DNA of 64,000 nt from a virus: positions 1 to 64,000 of IMG/VR virus record IMGVR_UViG_3300005337_000019, one strand, 5' to 3'. The translations under genes and the position numbers were made by a program. The notes beneath the pieces were generated by a model that saw only the letters and a program-made list of their open reading frames with translations, searched no databases and was not told the DNA's origin. Below are positions 35,328-44,560 of this stretch, in pieces. Numbering within the stretch: the stretch's first letter is position 1; each line of letters starts with the position of its first letter.

Positions 35328-36059
35328 ATGTCGTCGAACGAGCAATCGAAGCCCGCTGCTGCCCCGTCCCCCGCCAGAGTCGGCTCGAAGCCGAACCTCG
35401 AAATGTCGGAGAAGGCGCTGAACCTCGTCCTGCAGTTCGAAGGATTCGACGAGGGCGGATGGCCTGGCGGTGCATCCGGAATCACGATCGGATACGGCTA
35501 CGATCTCGGCTACCACACCCTCGGGCAGTTCGGGGCAGATTGGCGTCTGCGCCTCTCGGTCAACGATTTTCAGATTCTCCGGGCGCTCGTCGGTATCACG
35601 GGCACCCGCGCGCGCGACCGGGCTCGCTCGGCCCGCGGCGTCACCATCAAGCGCGACGACGCCCGTGCAGTATTCGCCACCTCGTCGATCCCGCGTGCGA
35701 TCGCGGCGACGCTGGAAGCGTTTCCGGGCGCCGAGAAGTTGCCGGCCGATGCCGCCGGCGCGCTCATCTCGCTCGTCTTCAACCGCGGCGGTCGGATGAA
35801 CGACCGCGATGAGCGCCTACAAGAGCGCCGTGAGATGCGTGCAATTCGCGATGTCGTCGGGGCTTTCAGCGCCGGCGCCAGAGCGGAAAGCGAGGCCCTC
35901 ATGGAGATCGCGATGCAACTCCGCTCCATGACGCGCCTCTGGGAGGGGGCGAACCTGGGTGGCCTCATTCGCCGGCGCGAGGCAGAGGCCGCCCTGGTTG
36001 AATCCTGCATCACGGGCGTCGGCGCGCCCGCCAAATCGAACGCTGCCCGGTCGTCGTAA
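35328..36059 (+). CDS. Endolysin, lysozyme-like (pesticin C-terminal-type muramidase)
   Basis: FEG..WPGGASGITIGYGYDLG, ALISLVFNRG, GLIRRREAEA. Confidence 0.85.
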   Translation: MSSNEQSKPAAAPSPARVGSKPNLEMSEKALNLVLQFEGFDEGGWPGGASGITIGYGYDLGYHTLGQFGADWRLRLSVNDFQILRALVGITGTRARDRARSARGVTIKRDDARAVFATSSIPRAIAATLEAFPGAEKLPADAAGALISLVFNRGGRMNDRDERLQERREMRAIRDVVGAFSAGARAESEALMEIAMQLRSMTRLWEGANLGGLIRRREAEAALVESCITGVGAPAKSNAARSS

Positions 36060-36086
36060 CCGGGCTCGAAACGCATCGGAGGTACC

Positions 36087-36545
36087 GTGAAGAACCCGCT
36101 CAAAGCATCGCTCCTCGTCATCTACTCGCTCGCATTCGTGCTCCTGACCAGTTGCAGGAGCGGCAGCGGCGCCGCGCCGCATGTCACGCCCGACCAGATC
36201 ATCACCGTCGCAAAGCTCGGCGCGCACTTCGCCGGCGAGACCTACATCAATCAGCATTGCAAGGACGGGCTTTTCGCCGGCGTGCCGTGCGATGAGGCGG
36301 CGGCGCAACTGGCGGCGACCATCGATACGCTCGCCGCGGATGCGCAGCCCGGCGGAGTCGTGGATCCGGCATCGCGAGAGGCGACGCGCCACGCGGCCGC
36401 GACGCAATTCGCTCGATCACTGCATCCCGAAGATTTCGCCGGCACGGACGACGCTGCGAAGGAGCGCCAGGCGAGGGACATCGCTGCGGTGCGGCCGATC
36501 GTGAACGTGATCGGCGACGCCTTCCTCCTCGCTCTCGGCAAGTAG
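36087..36545 (+). CDS. Lipoprotein (possible spanin-like)
   Basis: Lipobox LLTSC after hydrophobic signal; follows endolysin. Confidence 0.6.
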   Translation: MKNPLKASLLVIYSLAFVLLTSCRSGSGAAPHVTPDQIITVAKLGAHFAGETYINQHCKDGLFAGVPCDEAAAQLAATIDTLAADAQPGGVVDPASREATRHAAATQFARSLHPEDFAGTDDAAKERQARDIAAVRPIVNVIGDAFLLALGK

Positions 36546-36568
36546 TCGCCGTACCCGCGGGAGTCGAC

Positions 36569-37378
36569 ATGCAATACGACCGGCGCCTTTCACTGGACCT
36601 CGGCGAGCACGCGATCGCCATCTACGAGCTCTCCAACGGCTTCGACCGGTGGGCGAGGGAGCGCGGCTATGTCGGCGCCGACATCATCGACCGCGGCGCG
36701 ACGCAGATCGGGATCGCGTACTCACCTGAACGCATCACGATCGTGGCGCGTGGGTCGTCGCAGTTCGGCGACTGGGTGAACAACTTCACGCCGTTCCGCG
36801 CCCGGTGGATCACCCGCACGATCGCGAACGGGGTGCAGATGGCGCCGGGCCGCATCCATCTCGGGTTCCGGTTGCAGATCGAGCGCGCGGCGATCGAGCT
36901 TCTGGTCACGGTGCGCGAGCTCCGCAGCCGGTACCCGAACGCCGCAATCATGGTGACGGGTCATTCCCTCGGCGGCGCGCTCGCGACGCTCATTCGCGTG
37001 CTGCTCGAGCACGACGCGATCCCCGTCGCCGCCACCTACACCTTCGAATCCCCGCGCGTCGGGAACGGGGAATGGGCGCGCTGGTACGACAGGAAGTACG
37101 GCTCCGACACCTTCCGCGTGGTCAACATCAACACGGGCGAGCAGGACATCGTCACCCGTGTGCCGCTGTCGTGCTTCGGATGGCGCCATGTCGGCGGGCC
37201 GGTCATCCTCTGCGAAGGGCGGGCGTACGAGTCCGAAAAGCTGTGGGAGGACCACCGCCGGCGAAACCCGGTCGGGATTCTCACGCACCTCCGCGTCGTG
37301 CGGCGCGCGTGGCTGAGCGTGGCGGCGCACCTCGGGCAGTCGCTGTTGCGCGAGTTGCGCCTGCAGGCGGGCGTGTAA
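36569..37378 (+). CDS. Lipase class 3 (alpha/beta hydrolase)
   Basis: ARGS, IHLGF, VTGHSLGGALA, TFESPRVGN, DIVTRVP. Confidence 0.9.
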   Translation: MQYDRRLSLDLGEHAIAIYELSNGFDRWARERGYVGADIIDRGATQIGIAYSPERITIVARGSSQFGDWVNNFTPFRARWITRTIANGVQMAPGRIHLGFRLQIERAAIELLVTVRELRSRYPNAAIMVTGHSLGGALATLIRVLLEHDAIPVAATYTFESPRVGNGEWARWYDRKYGSDTFRVVNINTGEQDIVTRVPLSCFGWRHVGGPVILCEGRAYESEKLWEDHRRRNPVGILTHLRVVRRAWLSVAAHLGQSLLRELRLQAGV

Positions 37379-37438
37379 ACTGTTGAGCACCAACGCGCCG
37401 GGCCTGCCCCGTCGTGATTCGTCCATCGGAGGTTTTTC

Positions 37439-38134
37439 ATGAGCTCCATCAACGTGATCCTGCCAGGTCAGGACCGCAAGATCGTCATGGTGTACATCCC
37501 GCCGGACGGCGAGCCGAAACCATGCTACGAGGATTACCTGGCCGAGGCGTATCGCGACGGCTACCGGCGGTATGAGGAGCCGAGCGCGGCGCCGGCGGCG
37601 GTGCCCGCTGGCATCGCACCGGAGGAGACGGCGTCCGACAAGGCGGAGCGCATCGAGCGTGAGTGGGACGAGCGCGAGATGAAGCTCGAGGAGCGCAGGA
37701 TCGATCTCGGTCTTGCCGGCGTACCGAAGGCGGATTGTGCGACTTGCGGCGGCACCGGCCTCACGGCGGACCTCGCCGCGCCATGCGAGACGTGCTACCC
37801 GTGGACGAAGCCCGACGACGCGCATGCCGATGCGGACGGGAAGGCGCAGGTCGACACCCCGCCGATCGGCGGCGACAACGGCAGCGCCATCGTGGGCGCG
37901 CCGGAACCTTTCAGCGTGACGGTGACCGGAACCGGATACACCGAAGGTGCGGTCGTTCTGCCGACCACGGCGCCGGCAAGCTGCACCGAGAAGGACTGCA
38001 GCGGGCTTTGCGGAATCTGTCCGCCGCCGCGGAAGGTCACGGTGCGGCAAGGGCGCGAGCTCAATCGCAACCGCCGCGCACGCGGTCTTGATCCTCTCCG
38101 GATCGTCGACGGCATCGTGAAAGGTCGTGAGTGA
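37439..38134 (+). CDS. Hypothetical protein with DnaJ-type CxxCxGxG motif
   Basis: GGAGG RBS; CATCGGTG..PCETC. Confidence 0.6.
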   Translation: MSSINVILPGQDRKIVMVYIPPDGEPKPCYEDYLAEAYRDGYRRYEEPSAAPAAVPAGIAPEETASDKAERIEREWDEREMKLEERRIDLGLAGVPKADCATCGGTGLTADLAAPCETCYPWTKPDDAHADADGKAQVDTPPIGGDNGSAIVGAPEPFSVTVTGTGYTEGAVVLPTTAPASCTEKDCSGLCGICPPPRKVTVRQGRELNRNRRARGLDPLRIVDGIVKGRE

Positions 38135-38622
38135 TGCCGGCTTACGACGACCTCGCCGAGAAGGCAATTCAGCGCATCACGGAAACGGCCGAAACGCAAA
38201 AGATTGCGGAGCACATGGCGCAGCAGATCGCGGATCACGTCGACACGCAGATTGCCGGTGTGCCGATCTCGTCACTGTGGCCGCGCCCCGACTACGTCAC
38301 CGGCGTCGACCTGGCGCGCGGCGCTGATCGCGGCCACATCCACCTCGTGAAGCCGTCTGAGCTCGGCGGCAGCCAAATGACCGCCGATCAGCAGCCGAAT
38401 GACAGCCAAACGGCGGTCATGGACCGATGGAACCGCGATCCGGTAGCGTTCGCGCGCGACATCGGCCTCCACCTCGACCGGCGCGAGGAGAAGGCGTTGC
38501 GCGACGCCATGAAGGGCGAGACGCGTGGCGGCCGCCGTCACCGTCGCACGCTCGAGCGCGTGCGAGTGAAGATGGAAGCCGCGCTCCGCCGCATCGCCGT
38601 ACAGAACGGGAGCGGGAAGTGA
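38134..38622 (+). CDS. Hypothetical protein with terminase-N-terminus-like segment
   Basis: WNRDPVAFARDI resembles WYHDPVAMCYDV of the terminase. Confidence 0.55.
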   Translation: MPAYDDLAEKAIQRITETAETQKIAEHMAQQIADHVDTQIAGVPISSLWPRPDYVTGVDLARGADRGHIHLVKPSELGGSQMTADQQPNDSQTAVMDRWNRDPVAFARDIGLHLDRREEKALRDAMKGETRGGRRHRRTLERVRVKMEAALRRIAVQNGSGK

Positions 38623-39344
38623 CGGAACCGTTTCGGCCGATTCTCATCAAGCAATGCGACGTGACGATCGGTTACGCCGAGGGCTTGACGATCGCGCCGG
38701 CGGAGAAGCCGAAGCCGGCGCCGCCGCTTACGGCCGGACCGCTGCGCGTCAGCGAAACGATGGATCTACAGTTCGCCGACATCCGGTTCTACGAGGCGGC
38801 GCGGCGATCGTGCGCGTCGCGCATCACGGTTGATGTCGGCCCATACCTGGCGCTGCTGCGCAAGAACCTTCTGCGTCTCGCCGAGGAGATCGTCTACGGC
38901 CGCAAGCTCGTGCCGTGGGAGCGAATGAAAATCGCGGAGCTCGAGCGCAGCTCGGCCATGGATTTCCTGCCGGCCGACGACCTCGAGGCTCTGCAAATCC
39001 TCGTCAAGGCGATTCACGCGCGGATCGGCGCGTCGCGCGCGCAGAACCGCCGCCGGCGAAAGGCTTCGCACCTGGAGACGCTGCGGCACATGCGGCGGAA
39101 CCCGAAGCACTTCATCGACCTGCGCTACTGCCACAAGGTGATCCGCGCGCGCTGCGGTGCGTGTCGCGCGCTGTACGCGACGGAGACCTTCATCAGCTTC
39201 CGTCTCACGAACGGCCGTCGCACTTACCTCGTCGAGCGGGAGGGGCTGCTCGAGTGCGGCCACGGCTCGATCTTCCTTTACCCCGTGGAGTGGGAACGCG
39301 ATGGCCTCCCGATCGCAGCCGCAAGCCAAAGCCCGCGAGATTGA
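38619..39344 (+). CDS. Hypothetical protein
   Basis: GTGA overlap; CGAC...ECGH. Confidence 0.55.
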   Translation: MTEPFRPILIKQCDVTIGYAEGLTIAPAEKPKPAPPLTAGPLRVSETMDLQFADIRFYEAARRSCASRITVDVGPYLALLRKNLLRLAEEIVYGRKLVPWERMKIAELERSSAMDFLPADDLEALQILVKAIHARIGASRAQNRRRRKASHLETLRHMRRNPKHFIDLRYCHKVIRARCGACRALYATETFISFRLTNGRRTYLVEREGLLECGHGSIFLYPVEWERDGLPIAAASQSPRD

Positions 39345-39651
39345 TCCGCAACGGCTGCGCGAGCTCATCGAGCACGTGCGCAAGCGGGCCTTCGAACGCA
39401 TCGGTATCGATTTCGAGATCACCGACGCCCGCTACGGCGAACTACGTGCGCGATGCCGGGAGCGCCGCGGGACCTACATCGGTTACCGCGGGCACGGAGA
39501 GATATGGCACCTCACCGTCTGGCGTGGCGTCGTGCTCTACGTCATCTACAAGCGCCGCGAGGACGAGCTCGTGACGGTTGTCAGCGAGACCATGTTTCAG
39601 GAAAACTGGGTGGCAACGTATCCCGGCGGCAAGGTCCGCCGCCGGCGATGA
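39301..39651 (+). CDS. Putative RelE/BECR-like small ribonuclease fold
   Basis: HVRKRAFER motif followed by beta meander ending LVTV. Confidence 0.5.
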   Translation: MASRSQPQAKAREIDPQRLRELIEHVRKRAFERIGIDFEITDARYGELRARCRERRGTYIGYRGHGEIWHLTVWRGVVLYVIYKRREDELVTVVSETMFQENWVATYPGGKVRRRR

Positions 39652-39664
39652 AGGGAGATCGTCC

Positions 39665-40156
39665 ATGAGCCTCATTCCGCTTTCCGATCCGGACATCGCC
39701 GTCATTCGGCGTCAGTACATCAAGGATCTTTACGTCCCGCCGGTGCCGAACGTGTCGGTCGCCGAGGCGTTGTCGCACTACAACGCCGCGAACCGGAAAA
39801 ACTTCATCAGCGACGACGACCTCAAGGCGAAGGCGGTCAATGTCGGGCGGGCGTACCGCGAGGAAATCGGCGGCGTGTACGACGAGGAGATGGGCAAGCA
39901 ACTCGTCGGAGGCGCCGACGAAACCACCGCAGATACCGAAGCGATGGGGATGCAGAAAGACGCGTTCTTTCGTCTCATCCGCGCGAGCGTCCTCGAGGAC
40001 ATGATGATCGATCCCGGCTTCTGCGGATCGATCACCGACAACGACCAGCGCAGCGCGCTCTTCAAGACGTGGAAAGAGCAGATTCTCAAGGACCGGCAGT
40101 TCACGAAAAATCGCACGACGGCGCCGTTCCGGTCGATTGCGCTCGAGAGGTACTGA
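39665..40156 (+). CDS. Putative head-tail adaptor
   Basis: Position, size, AGGGAG RBS. Confidence 0.5.
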   Translation: MSLIPLSDPDIAVIRRQYIKDLYVPPVPNVSVAEALSHYNAANRKNFISDDDLKAKAVNVGRAYREEIGGVYDEEMGKQLVGGADETTADTEAMGMQKDAFFRLIRASVLEDMMIDPGFCGSITDNDQRSALFKTWKEQILKDRQFTKNRTTAPFRSIALERY

Positions 40157-40158
40157 GC

Positions 40159-40491
40159 ATGTTCGCACACGTCATGGGTGTCACCGAGGGACCCGAAGAA
40201 GAGATTCTTTCGGTCACGCTGGTGCATGAAGTGCCGCGCAAACCGACGCGAACGGAGCGAGTTGTCGATCGACTTCTGTTCTGGCGGCCGACGCCGCGGC
40301 GCTTCGACCGCATCGAGTTGCACTTTCCGCATGTGGCCATGGCAAAGCTCGCGTATGGCGTCGCGGTCGATGGCACGATCACCTCGACGATGACCTTTAC
40401 CGCCACAGCGGACGAGAAGGTCAAAGCGCGTCTCCTACATCCGCCTGAGTCGTACGCCACTGTCGATCTGAAATCGTTTCTACGGAGCTGA
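40159..40491 (+). CDS. Hypothetical protein
   Basis: Lies between adaptor and neck genes. Confidence 0.45.
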   Translation: MFAHVMGVTEGPEEEILSVTLVHEVPRKPTRTERVVDRLLFWRPTPRRFDRIELHFPHVAMAKLAYGVAVDGTITSTMTFTATADEKVKARLLHPPESYATVDLKSFLRS

Positions 40492-40499
40492 CACACGCC

Positions 40500-40967
40500 A
40501 TGGCGCTCGGATTCGGAGGCAGCACCACGGGAAACGCAAGCATGGCGCTCACCGCGCTCGTGCAGCGCCTTTCCAACACGCGGCCGCTGGTCGAAAAGAT
40601 GACCGAGCGGTCCGCGGCGTCGCAGCAAAAAAACATCGACGAATCGCACTCGCCTGCTGGCGATGCGTACCCGCCGCTCGCCGACTCGACCAAGGCCGGG
40701 CGCGGGTTCGGGCATCCATACGGCGACCTCCCGCTCAAAGACTCGGGCGACATGTACGGATCGATCCAAGCTCACGCGGAGCTGCAGAGCGAGACGAGCG
40801 GATGGGCCGGTCCCGATGAGATGGTCGCGCCGTACTTTGCATATCAGAACCAGGGCGCGCCGCGCGCCGGCATTCCAGTTCGTCAATTCATCGGCATCTC
40901 GGCGGACGACACGACCGGATGGCAGGATGATGTTCACCAGTTCGCCGCGCACGCGGTAGGAGGTTGA
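40500..40967 (+). CDS. Virion morphogenesis / neck protein (Mu gpG-like)
   Basis: SPAGDAYPPLA, LKDSGDMYGSI, YFAYQNQG..GIPVRQFIGIS. Confidence 0.8.
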   Translation: MALGFGGSTTGNASMALTALVQRLSNTRPLVEKMTERSAASQQKNIDESHSPAGDAYPPLADSTKAGRGFGHPYGDLPLKDSGDMYGSIQAHAELQSETSGWAGPDEMVAPYFAYQNQGAPRAGIPVRQFIGISADDTTGWQDDVHQFAAHAVGG

Positions 40968-41482
40968 TCGTGCCCACATACCCGACGCCGAATCCGGAAG
41001 TGACGATCGTCAAGAACGGACTGCTCGCGCTTCTTCGCAACATCGCGTACCTCGACCCGACGCACGGCGGCACGCTGGAGGCGGTCAACGATCCGAAGCT
41101 CGTGCTCGAGTGGAAGAGCTACACGCCGCCGACGATGGTGCTGGCGTTCGCCGGCGCCGTGCTTCGCGGGGACCCGACGACAAAGGCGCAGGATGCGGGC
41201 GTTTTCGAGGAGTGGTGGCACTGGTCGATATTCGTCATCGCCGGCAACTACGACATCACCGGTGCCGGCGTAGGCGATCTGTATCCTGGCGATCCCGGCG
41301 TCGAGGCCATGATCAGCGACGTGCGCGCGGCGACGTACGGGCGCACGGTGCTGCTGACGCCGCACATCGTCAAGGCGTTCCCCGCAAGCCCGTCGATCGC
41401 GCCCATGCCGCTCGATCGAGAGCGGGTGGTCTACCGCCTGGGCCTGCGCACGAATTGGCTCGTGAACACGCCGATTCCATGA
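40964..41482 (+). CDS. Putative tail terminator protein
   Basis: Position after neck gene; size and beta pattern. Confidence 0.55.
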   Translation: MIVPTYPTPNPEVTIVKNGLLALLRNIAYLDPTHGGTLEAVNDPKLVLEWKSYTPPTMVLAFAGAVLRGDPTTKAQDAGVFEEWWHWSIFVIAGNYDITGAGVGDLYPGDPGVEAMISDVRAATYGRTVLLTPHIVKAFPASPSIAPMPLDRERVVYRLGLRTNWLVNTPIP

Positions 41483-41742
41483 GCGGGCCGACGATCCGCG
41501 ATTATCTCGACCACTTCATCGGTCGCACGGTCGTCGACATCACCTCGCATGATCCCGGCGTCGACGATCCCGAGACGGCGCACATCACGCTCATGTTCGA
41601 CGATGGATCGCACATCAAGATTCCGCTCGGCGAGAGCGGGTTGCCGTGGGGCGTCACGAACGATTGCCTCGATCATGCCGGCTGCATCGCCGGCGAGGAC
41701 CGTCCGCCCGATCCCGCGCTCCTCATTCGGGGCACGCCGTGA
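41479..41742 (+). CDS. Hypothetical protein
   Basis: ATGA overlap; FIGRTVVDI...ITLMFDDGS. Confidence 0.55.
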   Translation: MSGPTIRDYLDHFIGRTVVDITSHDPGVDDPETAHITLMFDDGSHIKIPLGESGLPWGVTNDCLDHAGCIAGEDRPPDPALLIRGTP

Positions 41743-41969
41743 CGCACTCCCTCATCACGCACGAGCGGACGCCGTTCATCCTGGCCGATACGTGGTGCGG
41801 GCCGCGGTTCCTCGGCCGCCGGCGGTGCTTCGCGTGTGGAGCTCGAGCACGGCGACGGCGCCGCGTCACGCTAATGCTCGTGAATCTCGCGACGCTGGAC
41901 GTAGCACCCCCGTACATTCAGCCGCGGCGCTGGCCCGTCTGCTGGCGCTGCGCGCGCGAGCTGCGGTAG
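41739..41969 (+). CDS. Small Zn-finger protein
   Basis: CFAC...VCWRC. Confidence 0.45.
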   Translation: MTHSLITHERTPFILADTWCGPRFLGRRRCFACGARARRRRRVTLMLVNLATLDVAPPYIQPRRWPVCWRCARELR

Positions 41970-42173
41970 GATCACCCGGCCCGGTGTGATGCTTCTCCGC
42001 GTGGCCATCGCAAGGTGGACCGTTTCGCGGGAGCACACCGGCGCTCTCTGCGCGCTGTGAATAATCCGGCGCATAAAATGCGCGCGAAAAGACAAAGTGC
42101 CAAGCATCAGACGTGGTAACCCATTGAGATGCAGCGGTTTCAGCGTATACCGGCCACGTCGATCTGCAGTGAA

Positions 42174-42416
42174 TCAATCCTCGACGGGCGTCGCCGATGC
42201 CTCGAGAGGCAGCATTCCGGTCTGCGGCGGCGGTGCCGCGGTGACATCCTCGACGTAGAGCTCAGGATTCGCGCAGTTGCGGTGACGCACGCGGGCGCCA
42301 TCGAAAAACCACTTATCATGTCGGCGGATGGGCTGTTCGCATGCGTAGCAGATGCGCACGGCCTTTCCAACAGGCCAGGGCTGATGACAGGTCGGGCAGC
42401 GGCGCGGTTCGCTCAT
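42174..42416 (-). CDS. Small Zn-finger protein
   Basis: CPTC, CYAC, H..C. Confidence 0.55.
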   Translation of the reverse strand: MSEPRRCPTCHQPWPVGKAVRICYACEQPIRRHDKWFFDGARVRHRNCANPELYVEDVTAAPPPQTGMLPLEASATPVED

Positions 42417-42418
42417 GA

Positions 42419-42601
42419 TCAGAACCACGGCAGCGACGAAGACACCGAGTAGACCTTCCCGCAGAAACACTGCGCCGTCATTTTGCCCACGCGACCGACG
42501 CGCACGGTGATAACGCGCTTGCAGCGCGCGCAGCGAAATGACTTCTCGTCGTGGGGCTCGTCGACCGGAGGCTCATCGACGGTGCGGGTCGGCGCGCTCA
42601 T
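42419..42601 (-). CDS. Small Zn-ribbon protein
   Basis: CARC...CFCG. Confidence 0.5.
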   Translation of the reverse strand: MSAPTRTVDEPPVDEPHDEKSFRCARCKRVITVRVGRVGKMTAQCFCGKVYSVSSSLPWF

Positions 42602-42951
42602 TCGGCACCACGCACCACATCAATGATGGTTTCTGAGCGCCATTCCGACGTGCCGACCTTGCCGCTGTTACGGCGGAACGTGACCTCGTGGTGTCGCGCC
42701 GTCGTGCGCGCACCGCGAGACACGCTGACGATCGTGCGTTTCGTGGACGGCAGGTAGTCTCCAGGGCAAAGGTCGGCAACGCGAACGCTGATCGTGCGCG
42801 CGCGCATCGCATTGCGCGTCTGCGCTTCGGCGGCCACGCGCTCTGCGGTCTCACGAGTGTTGAATGGCCCGTAGGTTGCGCCGGCGAGCAGGATGGTGAT
42901 GCCGTAACGGGTTTCGGTGTATTGCGGCGTGTTGTCGTTCGTCGTTTCCAT
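42598..42951 (-). CDS. Hypothetical early protein, leaderless
   Basis: ATG 6 nt after the class-1 -10 box; GPFNTRETAE, VADLCPGD. Confidence 0.65.
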   Translation of the reverse strand: METTNDNTPQYTETRYGITILLAGATYGPFNTRETAERVAAEAQTRNAMRARTISVRVADLCPGDYLPSTKRTIVSVSRGARTTARHHEVTFRRNSGKVGTSEWRSETIIDVVRGAE

Positions 42952-42957
42952 GCTCAC

Positions 42958-42987
42958 AATGTAATGCTTACCGGTGAGCATTGTCAA
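42958..42987 (-). promoter_or_regulatory. Class-1 promoter with palindromic operator
   Basis: TTGACA-atgctcaccggtaagcat-TACATT on the minus strand. Confidence 0.85.
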
Positions 42988-43072
42988 GGGCGTGGTGTAG
43001 AATCTTTGCCAGTCGAGTCGAGACCACGCAGCACCTGCAGCACCACGTCACGTCAAGTACAGGAGGGAAGTC

Positions 43073-43675
43073 ATGGATAACACAGGACAGTCCGGCGATC
43101 AGACGCCGGCGACGACCGCCAACAACAGCAGCGGCGGTTCGGTCACATTCACCATTCCCGGCGCCGTCCAAACCGGCGCGCCCAACGCGATCGCCGCGGG
43201 AAACCCCGGCAGCAGCAGCACTACGAGCGGCGCGCCGTCACGCGTCGTGCCGGCTGATTTCAGCACATATCAAGCGCGCGTTTTTGCGATCCGCGAGTTG
43301 CGCGATTTCGTGCAGCACCTTGTCGGCGACATGCTGACGATCATCGATGCTTCGGTGATCAACCCGCAGCAAAATCGCGCGTTGAAATCACTGTTCAAGC
43401 GCGCTGCGTGGGACGATCACTACACAAAGGCGCTGGAGTGGGCGGAGCGACAGATCGAGGTCGAGTATCGCGCGCTGGCCGCGTGGGATGAGTATCGCAA
43501 CAGCCAGCGGGCGGCCACGAGCGCGAGCGAAGGCCCGTTCCCCGTCGCGCCGCAAACGTGGAAGGATGTCGACGAGTACCTGCGCCGCGCTCCGCTCGAT
43601 ACCTTCAACGTCTTCCCATTCAGCCGCACGCCAGGCCAGGAGCCCGTCGACGAGCGCGCAGCCGATCCTCGCTGA
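43073..43675 (+). CDS. Hypothetical protein
   Basis: AGGAGG RBS; LVGDMLTIIDAS..QNRALKSL. Confidence 0.65.
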   Translation: MDNTGQSGDQTPATTANNSSGGSVTFTIPGAVQTGAPNAIAAGNPGSSSTTSGAPSRVVPADFSTYQARVFAIRELRDFVQHLVGDMLTIIDASVINPQQNRALKSLFKRAAWDDHYTKALEWAERQIEVEYRALAAWDEYRNSQRAATSASEGPFPVAPQTWKDVDEYLRRAPLDTFNVFPFSRTPGQEPVDERAADPR

Positions 43676-43710
43676 GTCACATACCCGTCACATAAAAACG
43701 ACTCGACTAC

Positions 43711-43743
43711 AGGGCGCGGCGCGGAGCCGCGCCCTTCTCCTTT
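43711..43743 (+). terminator. Terminator between convergent genes
   Basis: agggcgcggc/gccgcgccct hairpin. Confidence 0.55.
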
Positions 43744-44108
43744 CAACGAGTTACGCCGTCGTCGACCGTCGTCAGGTCCTGCCACGGGATCGACCAGAGC
43801 TCCGAAAACTCATAGCGAACGTGTGCCGCTTCGGCTTCGGCGTCGAAGCACTCCGGGCACACGCTTCGATTGTCGCAGCCATCGCCGAGCACCGCACGCC
43901 AGACCTCGCGCGCCACACGAAATCCGATCGTGCATCGCCGGTCGCACAACGCGCAAGTTGTCGTGATCGGGGCGGGAAGCGATGAGCACGTGCGATCCGA
44001 TCCGAGCAGGATCATGTCGAGACGGCGCTCCATCTCGGCGTCGAATGGCTCGAGGAAGCCGGCGATCGCGTACAGCATGGAAGAGAGGCGGGTTCGGATG
44101 TTCTTCAT
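43743..44108 (-). CDS. Zn-finger hypothetical protein
   Basis: CALC..F.V..EVW..V...VCPECF. Confidence 0.55.
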   Translation of the reverse strand: MKNIRTRLSSMLYAIAGFLEPFDAEMERRLDMILLGSDRTCSSLPAPITTTCALCDRRCTIGFRVAREVWRAVLGDGCDNRSVCPECFDAEAEAAHVRYEFSELWSIPWQDLTTVDDGVTR

Positions 44109-44197
44109 GCCATCTGAAGACACGAACCCGCGAAGAAGGTGGCGAGGCGCGCGTCTCATACCAATTTCGTGAGCTCGCGAAAATGGTCCGAGGCGAA

Positions 44198-44213
44198 CGT
44201 TCCACGTGGAACA
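44198..44213. other. parS-type centromere site
   Basis: cGTTCCACGTGGAACa matches the bacterial chromosomal parS palindrome; intergenic. Confidence 0.7.
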
Positions 44214-44318
44214 CGCATCGGAAAGAACCCGATAACAATGGCATTCTTATCGGGTGGTCATCATGTTGACCACAAAGTCAACTTATTGACCATTTCGGCG
44301 CGGATGTAAAGCGTCTCT

Positions 44319-44534
44319 TTACGTCTTTACATTCCGCCTTGCCTGAACCGCATCGACATACGCCGCCGGCGCGCCGCTCAGCCAGCACCACGGCCTCGTC
44401 CACGTGTCTGTATGGTTCGTCGTCTTGTGCATCGGAAGGTGCGCCGATGGCAGCAGTCGCCGTCCGCACGCCGGGCAAGGCGTCCTGCGTGAGCGCGCTG
44501 CCGCGCGTCGTCTTCGCTGTTGCCGCCGGCCCAT
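44319..44534 (-). CDS. Small Zn-finger protein
   Basis: CPACGR...H...WCWLSG. Confidence 0.45.
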   Translation of the reverse strand: MGRRQQRRRRAAARSRRTPCPACGRRLLPSAHLPMHKTTNHTDTWTRPWCWLSGAPAAYVDAVQARRNVKT

Positions 44535-44560
44535 GGTGTTGATCGCATTGTAGCGACGGC

